In this document: piece after piece, positions 1 to 9,749 of the stretch
How the letters are laid out: every line of letters starts with the position of its first letter
Position numbering within the stretch: the stretch's first letter is position 1
Assembly (NCBI GenBank): GCA_050124775.1
Contig: JASFEP010000003.1
Span: forward strand, 1 to 41,097
Length of the DNA stretch: 41,097 bases
Direction: 5' to 3'
Origin: Candidatus Aminicenantes bacterium
Lineage (GTDB): Bacteria; Acidobacteriota; Aminicenantia; Aminicenantales; Aminicenantaceae
Translations under genes and position numbers: made by a program
The notes under the pieces: generated by a model
The model's input: the letters and a program-made list of their open reading frames with translations, nothing else
What the model was told of the DNA's origin: nothing
The model's database searches: none

Positions 1-25
1 TAAAAGGACAATCTCATTCCAAGCA

Positions 26-640
26 ATGGTTGCAGGGGCCTACCTAATATTTGCTTGGAATGAGATTGTCCTTTTACAAAAACTTCTTATTCTCAACTTT
101 ATTGCCGTTCTTATACATCAATTTGAAGAATACAGTTGGCCGGGTGGATTTCCAGCGGTCGCGAATAAAGTTTTTATGCCAAGTTTAAAGCTAGACCGCT
201 TTATGAACCCGCTGAACCAGAATTCGTCCATGGTGGCTAACCTTATTTTTGCATATGGGTTTTACTTGGTTCCAGTCTTTTTCCCCAACGTGATTTGGCT
301 AGGTTTAGCACCTGTCCTTATCGGATTAACTATGCAAGTCATCGGCCATGTCATTTATGTGAACATAAAGCTAAGGTCATTCTATAGTCCTGGCGTTTTC
401 GCTACTGTTTTTGGTCACGTTCCAATTGGTGTGATTTACATAAATCACATTATAGCAAATAACCTGGTGAACTTGGGGGATTGGTTGCTTGCAGTGGTTT
501 ACATGACTGTCTCTATGTTCCTCGTTTTCTATATAATTGAACAAAAATTGCTTGGCGGCAAACATTCACCTTACCCTTTCGACCAAGACCAAATGAAACG
601 TTTCGACGTTGAGAAGAGATTTGAGCGTGCCAGACGATAA
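26..640 (+). CDS. HXXEE-domain membrane protein (frame open to the window edge; may be 5'-incomplete)
   Basis: LIHQFEEYSWPGGF motif, later YSPG motif and ~6 hydrophobic segments; no in-frame stop between position 2 and ATG 26. Confidence 0.85.
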   Translation: MVAGAYLIFAWNEIVLLQKLLILNFIAVLIHQFEEYSWPGGFPAVANKVFMPSLKLDRFMNPLNQNSSMVANLIFAYGFYLVPVFFPNVIWLGLAPVLIGLTMQVIGHVIYVNIKLRSFYSPGVFATVFGHVPIGVIYINHIIANNLVNLGDWLLAVVYMTVSMFLVFYIIEQKLLGGKHSPYPFDQDQMKRFDVEKRFERARR

Positions 641-1080
641 GAAGAGATGAACTTTCAATTCTGCTCATAATGTCGGGTCCTGCCCATTGTACTAGTAATT
701 ATATCTTCTAAGCCCCACTGCACAGCGAAATCACAAAGGGGTAGGAGAAGGTATGCCTCCTATCAGATCAAGCCTTAAAACAGGTCTTCGCAAAAAAAAG
801 GAATCACCTACCAAAAATGAGGCGCTCAGATGGGCACAGAGAGCCGATATTTTATTAAGCTATCCGGTCATACTTATCATTCAGAGAATCCAAATCTTTT
901 ATTTTCTTCTTATTACAGGAGAGCTCTCTAAACAGCGCCATTTTAAGAATAGTCAAGGCAGGGAAAAAATAGGCATTTTTCAATCTCGAAGATTTCAGAG
1001 CGAAAAAGGGATCACTCCTCAGCAGAAGATCATCTTCAAGGCACAGAAGCGAACATCTCTTCGCTCCGAAAGAGTCGGGA

Positions 1081-1380
1081 GAGAGCCGTTCGTTTCACTC
1101 ACGCCGCTCTCGCCGACCCTTTCTCCGCCGGTTCCGATCCGGGAGGGAAAGCAGAGGGGAAAATTTCCTCTCTGCCGAAAGGGAGAGCTTTCTTTTAGGG
1201 CCGAACGGCCCTATTCGCAGGGAGGGGAAGGCTTAGCCTTCTCCGACGGAGGATAGAGGATATAGCTCGCTCCGCTCGCTATATCCTTTCTCTTTTTCCC
1301 TTTTTTCCGGGCGGGATTTTATTTAAATTATATATTTCGTAGGAGGTATAGCTAATGGGGTCATTAGATATATCTAATGA
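1081..1380. other. Palindrome/hairpin-rich, origin-like non-coding region
   Basis: GAAGGCT-T-AGCCTTC (1227-1241); AGGATATAGC-tcgctccgctc-GCTATATCCT (1257-1287); AT-rich run ~1316-1337; perfect 20-bp palindrome TCATTAGATATATCTAATGA (1361-1380). Confidence 0.45.
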
Positions 1381-1678
1381 GATACGATTTTGGCTTATCG
1401 AAAAGTGTGATTATATTTGATGTGTCTTTCTGGCGAGTGATACTGAGCCATCCCTTCTGCTCTAGGAGCTTGGTGTTATACCAGATATACCACTCACTCA
1501 CTCCCATATATTTGCCTATAGTTTTTTTACTTACAAAAGTGGAGGGATTCTTCCGGAGATCATTGACCTTACAGAATTTATGATATAGGGCAAACAATCT
1601 GACTGCTGCGTGGGGAACAGACGGATCGCAAAGTAATGCGTGAGGAACTTGAGAAAAAAATCCTTCAAATTGTTCCAT
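1364..1678 (-). CDS. Small winged-HTH protein resembling the N-terminal domain of phage/plasmid replication initiators (HTH_36-like)
   Basis: FFSQVPHALLCDPSVPHAAVRLFALY...FVSKKTIGKYMGVSEWYIWYNTKLLEQKGWL pattern; ATG 1678 preferred over TTG 1699. Confidence 0.7.
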   Translation of the reverse strand: MEQFEGFFSQVPHALLCDPSVPHAAVRLFALYHKFCKVNDLRKNPSTFVSKKTIGKYMGVSEWYIWYNTKLLEQKGWLSITRQKDTSNIITLFDKPKSYLIRYI

Positions 1679-1734
1679 TTTTCTGTCTTTTTCTTTCAAC
1701 CAATCCAGTAAATCCTCTTGCGATGGGGGATTAC

Positions 1735-2067
1735 CTAAAAATCATTTATCTCTTTTGGGGAGGGATTGGGGAAGTCAGAAGATAATAGATCTAAATTTCG
1801 ATCCTTCTCGATATCTAAATAAAAATATCTTTTGATTGGATAGATCTCGTATCCGGGAAGGGAAGAAACACCTCCGTCCTTATTTTTTTCCCTTGTTTGA
1901 GCATCTCCAGCGGCTCCTTCTGGATTGAAAGTTATTGAAGATGGATCGTGTTTTTCTTTGTAGCGATGGATTTTCGCTGATATTTGTTCAATGCGGAGAC
2001 GATTTTTACCGGTCTTCCCATATAGAATACCGAGATCATTTTCGTCTACGATATCATCATAGTCCAT
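1735..2067 (-). CDS. Hypothetical protein (110 aa)
   Basis: ATG-started ORF, co-oriented with neighbours, protein-like composition; no recognised motif. Confidence 0.5.
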   Translation of the reverse strand: MDYDDIVDENDLGILYGKTGKNRLRIEQISAKIHRYKEKHDPSSITFNPEGAAGDAQTREKNKDGGVSSLPGYEIYPIKRYFYLDIEKDRNLDLLSSDFPNPSPKEINDF

Positions 2068-2369
2068 ATTCGAAACTCAATTTCTATCGTTACTGCAAAG
2101 GCTCAGACATATGTTTTATCTGATCCTATAAAAAAGCCATTTCTATCCATTAGTCTGTTTGTTTTTGGGGCTTATGCACCGGCTCTGGGCTCAGTTTTAT
2201 GGGGAAATGGACTGAATCCTGTCTTTTAAGACGATTCTTCTTGAATTGCGGTTGATCTTGTTTCCTTCGCCGGTCCTTATGCCTGTCATATCAGATCTCT
2301 CGAAGGGAGGAGCGAGGTCCCGGGAGCGGAGGAGCCGGTCTCTCGAGGCCTCTTCACTTAATCTCAGTT

Positions 2370-2912
2370 CTACAAAATAACTAGCTTTTCCTTTCCACCT
2401 TCTTCTTCAATCCGATAAATTGTCCAATCATCCGGCGTCATATCTGTTTCTTCTATAACAAAACTAATTTCTGCGTCGTTTCCCAATTCCTCTAATACTT
2501 CTTCATCACAACCTTTATCCAGTGCATCCAGATATTCTTTGTAATAGCCGCCAATTCCTCTCTGTTTCATCCAATTACAGAGATCTGTATGTCCTTCGTG
2601 GTGATAACGAGTGTAAAAAACATCCCCATATTTTCTCCACTCAAACCTGCATTTTGCTATAGCTAGACCTTCCTTTTTTACCAAATCTGTTACTGCGATA
2701 ACCCATTTGCCTTCAGGTGTGCTCAATACTCTTGTCTTAGAAATCTGTTTACCGTTAGGAAAATGAATGGTATAGAGCTCCCATTTCTCCTCGACGGGCT
2801 TTTCTTGTCTTACGGGGGGCTTTTCCCGGTTGATGATAAGATCACTCCTCTCTTCCTTCACCATGCCAGCATCACTGCTGACAACATTACTTTGTTCGTG
2901 AGTATTTTTCAC
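2370..2912 (-). CDS. Hypothetical protein (180 aa, acidic C-terminus)
   Basis: Long ORF with GGAG upstream of GTG 2912; no recognised motif. Confidence 0.6.
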   Translation of the reverse strand: MKNTHEQSNVVSSDAGMVKEERSDLIINREKPPVRQEKPVEEKWELYTIHFPNGKQISKTRVLSTPEGKWVIAVTDLVKKEGLAIAKCRFEWRKYGDVFYTRYHHEGHTDLCNWMKQRGIGGYYKEYLDALDKGCDEEVLEELGNDAEISFVIEETDMTPDDWTIYRIEEEGGKEKLVIL

Positions 2913-3115
2913 TCTGTACTCCTTAAAATATATTTCTACAGTTGTGGTTGGAGAGTAAGTGTTGGGAGATCAAAATTCTGGAGAACTTTGATCAAATCAA
3001 AGAGAGTGTCACTAAAGTGCTTTGGAGATGCTTCCCTGTATGTCTTGCGATTTATCTGGAATTTATATACACTTTTTATCCGGAAAAAATCCTAGCCACC
3101 CGAAAGGACCGCACA

Positions 3116-4780
3116 ATGACATCAAGATGGACACGCGTATTTTTCGTTTTACTTTTTTCCTGCAGTGTTGTTTATGGAGCGCTTGCTCTTTCGCAGTCGG
3201 CGACTGCCGAACAAGAGCTGAAAACCATTGCTGAGTCCAGCAATTTTACGGCAACCTCCCGCTATACGGATGTTATGGCGTTCATCAAAGCGCTCAAGGG
3301 ATCGAGCCCTTTGTTTCGTGTGGAAACTCTGTGTTTGAGTACAGAGGGCCGCGAGGTCCCGCTGCTTGTCCTCGGTGCTCCGCCCCCGACATCTCCTTTG
3401 GAGCTCAGGCATGATAAAAGAACCGTCGTCTATATCCAAGCCAACATCCATGCCGGGGAGGTCGAGGGCAAAGAGGCTTCGCTCATGCTGGCAAGAGACA
3501 TTGTCCTAGACAAAGATATCTCTTATCTGGATAAGCTGATCATTCTGATCGCACCGATTTTCAATCCGGACGGCAACGAAAGGATCAGCAAAACCAACAG
3601 AAGAAATCAGGCTGGCCCCGAGGAGGGCGTGGGCATCCGATACAACGGCCAGAATCTCGATTTAAACAGGGATGGCATAAAGATGGAAAGCCCTGAAGTC
3701 CAAGGCCTGGCTCGCAACGTGCTCAACCGCTGGGATCCCGCCCTGCTCATCGACTGTCACACGACAAACGGATCCTACCACAAAGAGCCAGTCACCTATG
3801 TGTGGCCTCTGAATCCGAACGGAGACCTGTCTTTGATCATCCACCAGAGAGAGACGATGATGCCCTGGGTGAATAAAACATTAAAGGATAAATACAACAC
3901 TTTGTCGATCCCCTACGGGAATTTTATGGACTTCAAAGATCCCGAAAAAGGCTGGCACCCTGCCGGCCCTCAATGCCGGTACATCACGAATTACATCGGC
4001 CTGCGCAACAGGATGGCTCTCTTGTTGGAAAACTACGCTTATGCGGATTACAAAACGCGCGTTTACGGGAATTATTTTTTCCTCCGTGCGGTTCTCGATT
4101 ACTGTTATGCGCATGACACAGAGATTCGACACCTCATCCAAAAAACGGACCAGCGGATGATAGAGAAGGGATCGAAACCAGAGCCATCGGATGTTTTCGC
4201 CACGAGCTACGACCTAAAGCCGCTCAAGGAACCGCTGACGATCCTCGGCTGGGAGATGGAATATGATCCTGAATCCAGGGATTATCCCCGAGTCCGGAAA
4301 ACAGAGGTCGAAAGAACTTACACCCTCCCCTACTACTCCGATTATCGACCAAAGACCAGTATCTCATTCCCCTTTGCCTACCTGTTGACAGTGAGCGACG
4401 AGGGCATTCTCACAAAGCTCCTCCAACACGGGATATCCGTAGAAAAACTGACAGATGCCGTGGTTCTGGAGGTCGAATCCTTTAAAATCGAGGAGGTCAA
4501 AGGCAGCCAAAGGATCTACCAGGGACACCGTTTGAACACGGTCAAAGGCGACTATGCCACCGAGACTAAAGACTTTTCCTCGGGGACACTCCTTGTCCGG
4601 ACCGCACAGCCTTTGGGGAATCTTGCGGCGTATCTTCTAGAAGCGGAAAGTGACGATGGTCTTCTTGTTTGGAATTTTTTTGATAGATATATCGTTGCCC
4701 AGTGGGGGCGTGGCCCCCGAACATTCCCCGTCTACCGTCTATTGAAACCTGCTCTTCTTCCCGCAAAGACCATTCGCTAA
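3116..4780 (+). CDS. Secreted M14-family zinc carboxypeptidase-like metallopeptidase
   Basis: IHAGEVEG (HxxE), NPDGNE, RYNGQNLDLNRD and DCHTTNG motifs; signal peptide after ATG 3116 with AAAGGA RBS. Confidence 0.9.
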   Translation: MTSRWTRVFFVLLFSCSVVYGALALSQSATAEQELKTIAESSNFTATSRYTDVMAFIKALKGSSPLFRVETLCLSTEGREVPLLVLGAPPPTSPLELRHDKRTVVYIQANIHAGEVEGKEASLMLARDIVLDKDISYLDKLIILIAPIFNPDGNERISKTNRRNQAGPEEGVGIRYNGQNLDLNRDGIKMESPEVQGLARNVLNRWDPALLIDCHTTNGSYHKEPVTYVWPLNPNGDLSLIIHQRETMMPWVNKTLKDKYNTLSIPYGNFMDFKDPEKGWHPAGPQCRYITNYIGLRNRMALLLENYAYADYKTRVYGNYFFLRAVLDYCYAHDTEIRHLIQKTDQRMIEKGSKPEPSDVFATSYDLKPLKEPLTILGWEMEYDPESRDYPRVRKTEVERTYTLPYYSDYRPKTSISFPFAYLLTVSDEGILTKLLQHGISVEKLTDAVVLEVESFKIEEVKGSQRIYQGHRLNTVKGDYATETKDFSSGTLLVRTAQPLGNLAAYLLEAESDDGLLVWNFFDRYIVAQWGRGPRTFPVYRLLKPALLPAKTIR

Positions 4781-4866
4781 AAACACAGGCGCTTTTGTCT
4801 CTCGAGCCGTCGTAAAAATCGTGTCGGATGACGTTCTGAGGATTTTATGTGGACACTCTGAGGATT

Positions 4867-5688
4867 CTACTTGGAGGTCTTCTTCGCAACCAGATATTTT
4901 CCACAGTTTTCACAGACATAAATATCATCGCTGCCTTCGATGGCCGAGCGCATGCCGGTGGCGACATTGATGAAGCACCCCTGACAGGCCCCGTCTTCGA
5001 GCTCTGCCACTGCGAATCCATAACGCTCCATGAGTTTGTCGAACCTGTCCAAGAGGGCGCTATCCAGTTCATCCCGGATCAAATTGGCTTGTTTTTGGAG
5101 TTCCTTCTTTTTGCTTTTGTCCGCTTTTCTTTTTTGTATTTCCAACTTTTGGAGTTTCCAAAGAAGTCCGGCTCGACTTATGATCTTATCCGTTGGAGGA
5201 AGCAGTGTAAGCTCTATCTCACAAAGAATTTTATGCAGTTCTTTTCTGTTCTTTGCTTCGAATATCCTTTCCCTGAAACCGGGTTTTATCAAAAATTGAG
5301 CCAATCCCGCAAAAAGATGGTTAAAAAGGCCGGGAATTGAGGGATTCCATACGATGAGGATTATGAAACGAACTTTTTTTCCATCGACCGCTTCGAAATC
5401 TAAGCCTTTTTCTGACCGTCCGACCACAACGGCGATATCACATCCCGTATCCAACCGGGCATGAGGGAGCGCTATGCCATGTCCGATCGCTGTTGTGACC
5501 AGCCGTTCCCGGTCGATGATCCGAGTGAGGACAGGCTTTTTGTTTTTGATGTATTTGAGCTTGACCAAAACATCAAGGAGTTCTTCCAATGCCTGGATTT
5601 TATCCCTTGCTTTGAGATTAAATATGACTTGCTCGACTTTCAAATATTCGCAAAAATACGAATGTTTGGGAATTTTTGCCTTCACCAT
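4867..5688 (-). CDS. PTS EIIA (PtsN/Fru-type) domain fused to a coiled coil and C4 zinc ribbon (zf-RING_7/DUF164-like)
   Basis: DRERLVTTAIGHGIALPHAR (phospho-His), DFEAVDGKKV; C-terminal GACQGC...YVCENCGKYL. Confidence 0.85.
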   Translation of the reverse strand: MVKAKIPKHSYFCEYLKVEQVIFNLKARDKIQALEELLDVLVKLKYIKNKKPVLTRIIDRERLVTTAIGHGIALPHARLDTGCDIAVVVGRSEKGLDFEAVDGKKVRFIILIVWNPSIPGLFNHLFAGLAQFLIKPGFRERIFEAKNRKELHKILCEIELTLLPPTDKIISRAGLLWKLQKLEIQKRKADKSKKKELQKQANLIRDELDSALLDRFDKLMERYGFAVAELEDGACQGCFINVATGMRSAIEGSDDIYVCENCGKYLVAKKTSK

Positions 5689-5779
5689 TGCAATCTATTC
5701 TAGCACAATCCGCATCTCGGAAAAAGACAAAAGATGAATAACTGAGCGTCTTCGAGGAAAAACCATTTTAAAGACAGAA

Positions 5780-6709
5780 TCATGCATCTCCGATCTCGCG
5801 GATAACACGACGGAGCAGCGCATACGTTTCTTCGACTCCTTTAACTGTCGTTGCCTTCGTTGCAAATTCGACTCCGGTTTTAGCCGCAGATAAGGGATCC
5901 TGCCCCTCCGCCAGATGCATTGCGGTCACTGCGCAGAAAACATCTCCACAGCCTGTTGTGTCCTCGATATTATCGATTCGGGATGGCAGTATGAAACACG
6001 CATCCTCCGGGGATAAAACCCACACGCCATCTTTTCCCAACGTGATGAACACAGCCTCGAGCCCCAGGTGGAATGCCTTCTCTCCGAAGCGCTTGATTTC
6101 TTCTCCGGAGATATCCTGTCCGATATGGCCTATGAGACAGCTTAATTCTGCCCTGTTGGCCTGAAGATAGGTCACCCCTTTGACCCAATCTTCCCAGGGT
6201 ATGTTCGCTAGATATGTCCTCGGAACACCCAGTTCTTTGGAGAGGACTAACGAATGAATATCCAGCCAGATAGGGCAATCGGCTGCGCCAACAATTTGAC
6301 GCCAGTCCCGGAGCGTGATATCGAATCCTGAATTGAGCACGGCAATAAGCATTTGTAGCCTGTCCATACTCTGGAGTATTCTATGAGGATTGAGAGGAGA
6401 CACAGCGGATTCAAGAATCTCTCTTCTCTCCCCCTCTTTTGGATAATGCAGTTGAACGTGATTTCCTGGGCCGGCAAAGATATGCAAGCCTGTTTGTTCC
6501 AGGGAGTGCCACCCTTCGGCAACTTTCTCGACAGGGTCCGCAAGATCTCTCCCAAGATGTGTAAAGAGAAAAACACTTTTTTTCATTGCCGAGAGAGCAG
6601 CCGCTTGATAGAGAATACCCCCGAGACCTCTGAAGATCTCTCCTTCATCCGAAGTGATCACATCATACGTGATCGTTCCGATCAAACCAATCCCGCTCTC
6701 TCCTCCCAT
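5780..6709 (-). CDS. PfkB/ribokinase-family carbohydrate kinase
   Basis: IGTITYD, GLGG, QANRAE, ITLGKDG and DTTGCGDVF motifs; start revised to ATG 6709. Confidence 0.9.
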   Translation of the reverse strand: MGGESGIGLIGTITYDVITSDEGEIFRGLGGILYQAAALSAMKKSVFLFTHLGRDLADPVEKVAEGWHSLEQTGLHIFAGPGNHVQLHYPKEGERREILESAVSPLNPHRILQSMDRLQMLIAVLNSGFDITLRDWRQIVGAADCPIWLDIHSLVLSKELGVPRTYLANIPWEDWVKGVTYLQANRAELSCLIGHIGQDISGEEIKRFGEKAFHLGLEAVFITLGKDGVWVLSPEDACFILPSRIDNIEDTTGCGDVFCAVTAMHLAEGQDPLSAAKTGVEFATKATTVKGVEETYALLRRVIREIGDA

Positions 6710-7026
6710 GCTTATTATTTTATAACTCCTGGTAAAGTTTTTTGCAAATTCCGGCCCTCTCAGCCACGAATCTCCAGAAGCACTACGACACAAATTCCGG
6801 TCACATTGATGATTGACCCGAATGTGTGGTGGAGTTTACCTTGAGAGGAACGAATAGGTTGAGGTGTTTTTCTATAAAGGGTCCGCTTCCCGAACGACCC
6901 CTTAAGGATACTGTCCCTAAATAGCGTGCTTTCGAACCAAGGACCAGGCAGCTCCAGTATCATTTTTGGGATACGTCCCGCTGCTGAGGCTGAAGAAATA
7001 TGCAGCTAATAAAATTGAGGAGAGGA

Positions 7027-8076
7027 TCAGCTAAGTTCGATCTTTTCAATATGGATTCTGTCCAGATCACTCACGCCTATGCCCTTTTTTCCGGCCAGTG
7101 CGATGTGATCCATCGGGCGGTTCTCTTCTGCGAAGGTGCGAAGCGCCCTGGACTTGCGTTCATTCTGAATGATGTTTAAACCCACTGCGTCCAGGGCTAC
7201 AGGATCGGAACTCATCCAGATGGACCTGGGCGAAAAAAGAGACCTCAAATTTCTGGGCCGCGGACCCCGCTCATAACAGGCTTCAAGACCATCCAGAATG
7301 TGGAGAACAACCTTTTTTCTGACTTCCGGGAATGCGCAAAAATCCGCGATGAACGGCCCGATATGCTCAGACCCATGAAAGCGGGCATTGTTTTCACACA
7401 AGCCATAGGCAAGATTCTTGAGGCTAAGCGTCACTCCACACAAACCGTGGTCCTTGAGGATCGGCATATTGATGATCTTGTCACATTCCTGTGTGAATAT
7501 TCTCGAAAAATAAGAATCGGTCCCTCCCTCCTCTCTTTTTTCCGGATCGTCATTTTTTGACGAGTAGGCCAGATCTTTATCAATGCGATCCGATATCAAT
7601 TGATCTGTTGATATTGTTCCATAACACCTGACGCCTGTCCCAGTGGTGTTGAATTCGAATTCACAATCGGCCATGTGTTTTTCGAACCGATCCCACACGA
7701 TGATGTTGTTTTCTTTAACACCGAATTCTTTGAGCTCGGATACAACGCCACGGATAAGTTCATGGTGTGTAAAAAGAAGAGGGCGGCCCAATGTGTTTAT
7801 CTTGAGCCCTATCCTATCCTCAGGACCGATGAATCGCGCCCAGGGATCGTCTGAGCCATTTAGCTTTCGTATTCCCTCTCGTACCATTTGGCGGACGACC
7901 TCTTCGTCCAAGATCCGTCCCGACTGTAAAACTTCGGGGTGTTTCACTTCAACGATTGTTGCAGTCTGCGTTTCTTGCGACCCAAGTCTTAAACCGGACC
8001 CAAAGGCGACACCAGCGCCTAACACTGCTGAGGAGCTTCTTTTGATGAACTCACGTCGATCGATCCTATTTCTCAT
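7027..8076 (-). CDS. Tat-signal DUF362-domain protein
   Basis: DRREFIK twin-arginine motif; IGLKIN, INMPILKDH, TLSLKN and DPVALD motifs; ATG 8076 with GGAG RBS. Confidence 0.85.
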   Translation of the reverse strand: MRNRIDRREFIKRSSSAVLGAGVAFGSGLRLGSQETQTATIVEVKHPEVLQSGRILDEEVVRQMVREGIRKLNGSDDPWARFIGPEDRIGLKINTLGRPLLFTHHELIRGVVSELKEFGVKENNIIVWDRFEKHMADCEFEFNTTGTGVRCYGTISTDQLISDRIDKDLAYSSKNDDPEKREEGGTDSYFSRIFTQECDKIINMPILKDHGLCGVTLSLKNLAYGLCENNARFHGSEHIGPFIADFCAFPEVRKKVVLHILDGLEACYERGPRPRNLRSLFSPRSIWMSSDPVALDAVGLNIIQNERKSRALRTFAEENRPMDHIALAGKKGIGVSDLDRIHIEKIELS

Positions 8077-8279
8077 CTTTGTCTCCGGGATTTCAGAATA
8101 CACTATTATTCTCATCAACTCAATATAATTTTCCACAGAGGCCGCTTTTTCAAAAGCTCGATCCTTTCCATTCTGTTTTTGGAAACACGTGCGCATTTTT
8201 ATTATGAGTTGACGTCAGAGGAGGATTCGAATAGTATAAGATTCAGTAAGCACGCGCATTTCTCAACAAGGAGAGCACT

Positions 8280-8906
8280 TTGAAAAACATAATATTTTTT
8301 GCGTCAGTTGTCCTATTTTTTCTCGTTTCCACAGTTGGGGGATCCCTTTCAGCAGAACAAACCGAGGCTCCCGAAGCAGAGCTCCCCGCGCTCGTGACCT
8401 CATGCGGGCAGAGCCCTGGCGCCACCATGCTGAAAGTCATTTTTATGAGAATGAAGCTTGAACACCCACCCAAAGCTTATGAGATCAACATGTTGGCCAG
8501 TGCCGACGACCTCAAATCTGCGAAAAACGCAGGAACTCCATATAAATCTTTGATCATCGTGATGGGTGCCAGTTTAAAGGGAATGGGCGCCGCAGGAATT
8601 TCTATGGACGATGAGATATCCAGGACCGAAGAACTCATCGCGGAGGCAAATAATCAAGGGATCAAGATCATCGGGGCCCATATCGAAGGCATAAAAAGGC
8701 GCGCACAGGGTGTTGCTGCGGGTGACAACACGGATGAACTGAGTATCGATACGGTCGCACCGAAATCCCAACTACTCATCGTCCGCAAGGACGGTAACGA
8801 AGATGGCCGGTTCACGTTGATCGCCCAGGAAAAAAACATACCACTTATCCTCATAGAGAAAAACCTGGATCTTTTGCAAGAGCTCGAAAAGATCTATAAG
8901 GATTAG
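8280..8906 (+). CDS. Exported DUF6305-like protein
   Basis: Signal peptide; LVTSCGQSPG, IIVMGASLKGMGAAG and GAHIEG..RR motifs as I recall them for this family; GGAG RBS before TTG. Confidence 0.7.
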   Translation: MKNIIFFASVVLFFLVSTVGGSLSAEQTEAPEAELPALVTSCGQSPGATMLKVIFMRMKLEHPPKAYEINMLASADDLKSAKNAGTPYKSLIIVMGASLKGMGAAGISMDDEISRTEELIAEANNQGIKIIGAHIEGIKRRAQGVAAGDNTDELSIDTVAPKSQLLIVRKDGNEDGRFTLIAQEKNIPLILIEKNLDLLQELEKIYKD

Positions 8907-9065
8907 ATTTTTCTAAAGGACATTTTTTGCTAAAATATCGGAGAAAAAGGGATTTTGATTCGATCATGGAAGATGAATTATCGAGTACGGAATCTTTGTG
9001 TTGAACCGACTAAAGGAATAAGGCCATTAGAGGGAACGATAATACATCTCGGGTAAGACAATAAA

Positions 9066-9653
9066 ATGGCGGATATTATTGGACAGATCACACTCGTCAA
9101 CATCCTCAGTGTGTTGCTTTTGATCGCTTCCATCTGGCTGCTCGTCATTATCGTTCAGAAAAAAACCGGTTACATGTTTCGCGCAATGGTATTTTTCCTT
9201 TTTGTTCTATTGGCCCTGATCTACTTTCAACAGAGCGAAGCAAAAAAGTATACCCTCTCTGATGTCAGATATGCTCTCTTCCCCAAAAAAAGCCTCCCTT
9301 TGAATTACCATGTTGCGGAGGATTCCCAGCCTGGGACAGTTGTTCGGTATGTTTTCGAAGACCCCAAACCTAGGATTCCCGTTTCTATGGATAAAAACGG
9401 CAAATATTTTCACATCAACAATATCACCCCTATAAATGATATCTTGAGCGAGATGAAATTGCCTCGAGTCAAAAAGGGGGCTAAGGAGCTCGCATCGATC
9501 ACAGGAAAGAGCGCACACAAAAATCTGTACCGATGGGATGATTACCCCAGAGGGATCTTGACTCTCGAGCGGGCCATCTGCAGAAACAGGGAAACGCTCG
9601 ATAGCTTCAACTGTCTAATCGCGATTACTATCCGAAAAAGATACCGCGAATAA
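9066..9653 (+). CDS. Hypothetical membrane protein (2 N-terminal TM helices plus a soluble domain)
   Basis: Two hydrophobic stretches in the first 55 aa. Confidence 0.75.
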   Translation: MADIIGQITLVNILSVLLLIASIWLLVIIVQKKTGYMFRAMVFFLFVLLALIYFQQSEAKKYTLSDVRYALFPKKSLPLNYHVAEDSQPGTVVRYVFEDPKPRIPVSMDKNGKYFHINNITPINDILSEMKLPRVKKGAKELASITGKSAHKNLYRWDDYPRGILTLERAICRNRETLDSFNCLIAITIRKRYRE

Positions 9654-9749
9654 ACGACCTTCATCGCTGCGGGCACTTTCAAATCTTGACTCATTTCGAC
9701 GAGATATTGCATTTCCCCGTGATATCGACTACATTAGAGAATCTGTCAA

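Noticed and set aside
753-1256. 167-aa plus-strand ORF with an RBS-like AGGAG
   Set aside because: Arg/Lys/Ser/Pro-biased, no recognisable fold, and it runs through the hairpin region; probably spurious but not excluded
2942-3115. N-terminal extension of the M14 ORF (likewise extensions given for PfkB, DUF362, pgsC, NtrC and APC)
   Set aside because: Downstream ATGs fit better with RBS, signal peptide, stop-start overlap or domain start
4835-4866. Direct repeat TCTGAGGATT x2 between convergent genes
   Set aside because: Only two 10-bp copies; not a CRISPR array and no element between them
6730-7020. ~300-bp intergenic region with short hairpins and CAAATTCCGG x2 upstream of the PfkB gene
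   Set aside because: Stems are short and scattered, with no terminator or recognisable riboswitch core; cannot support an RNA call
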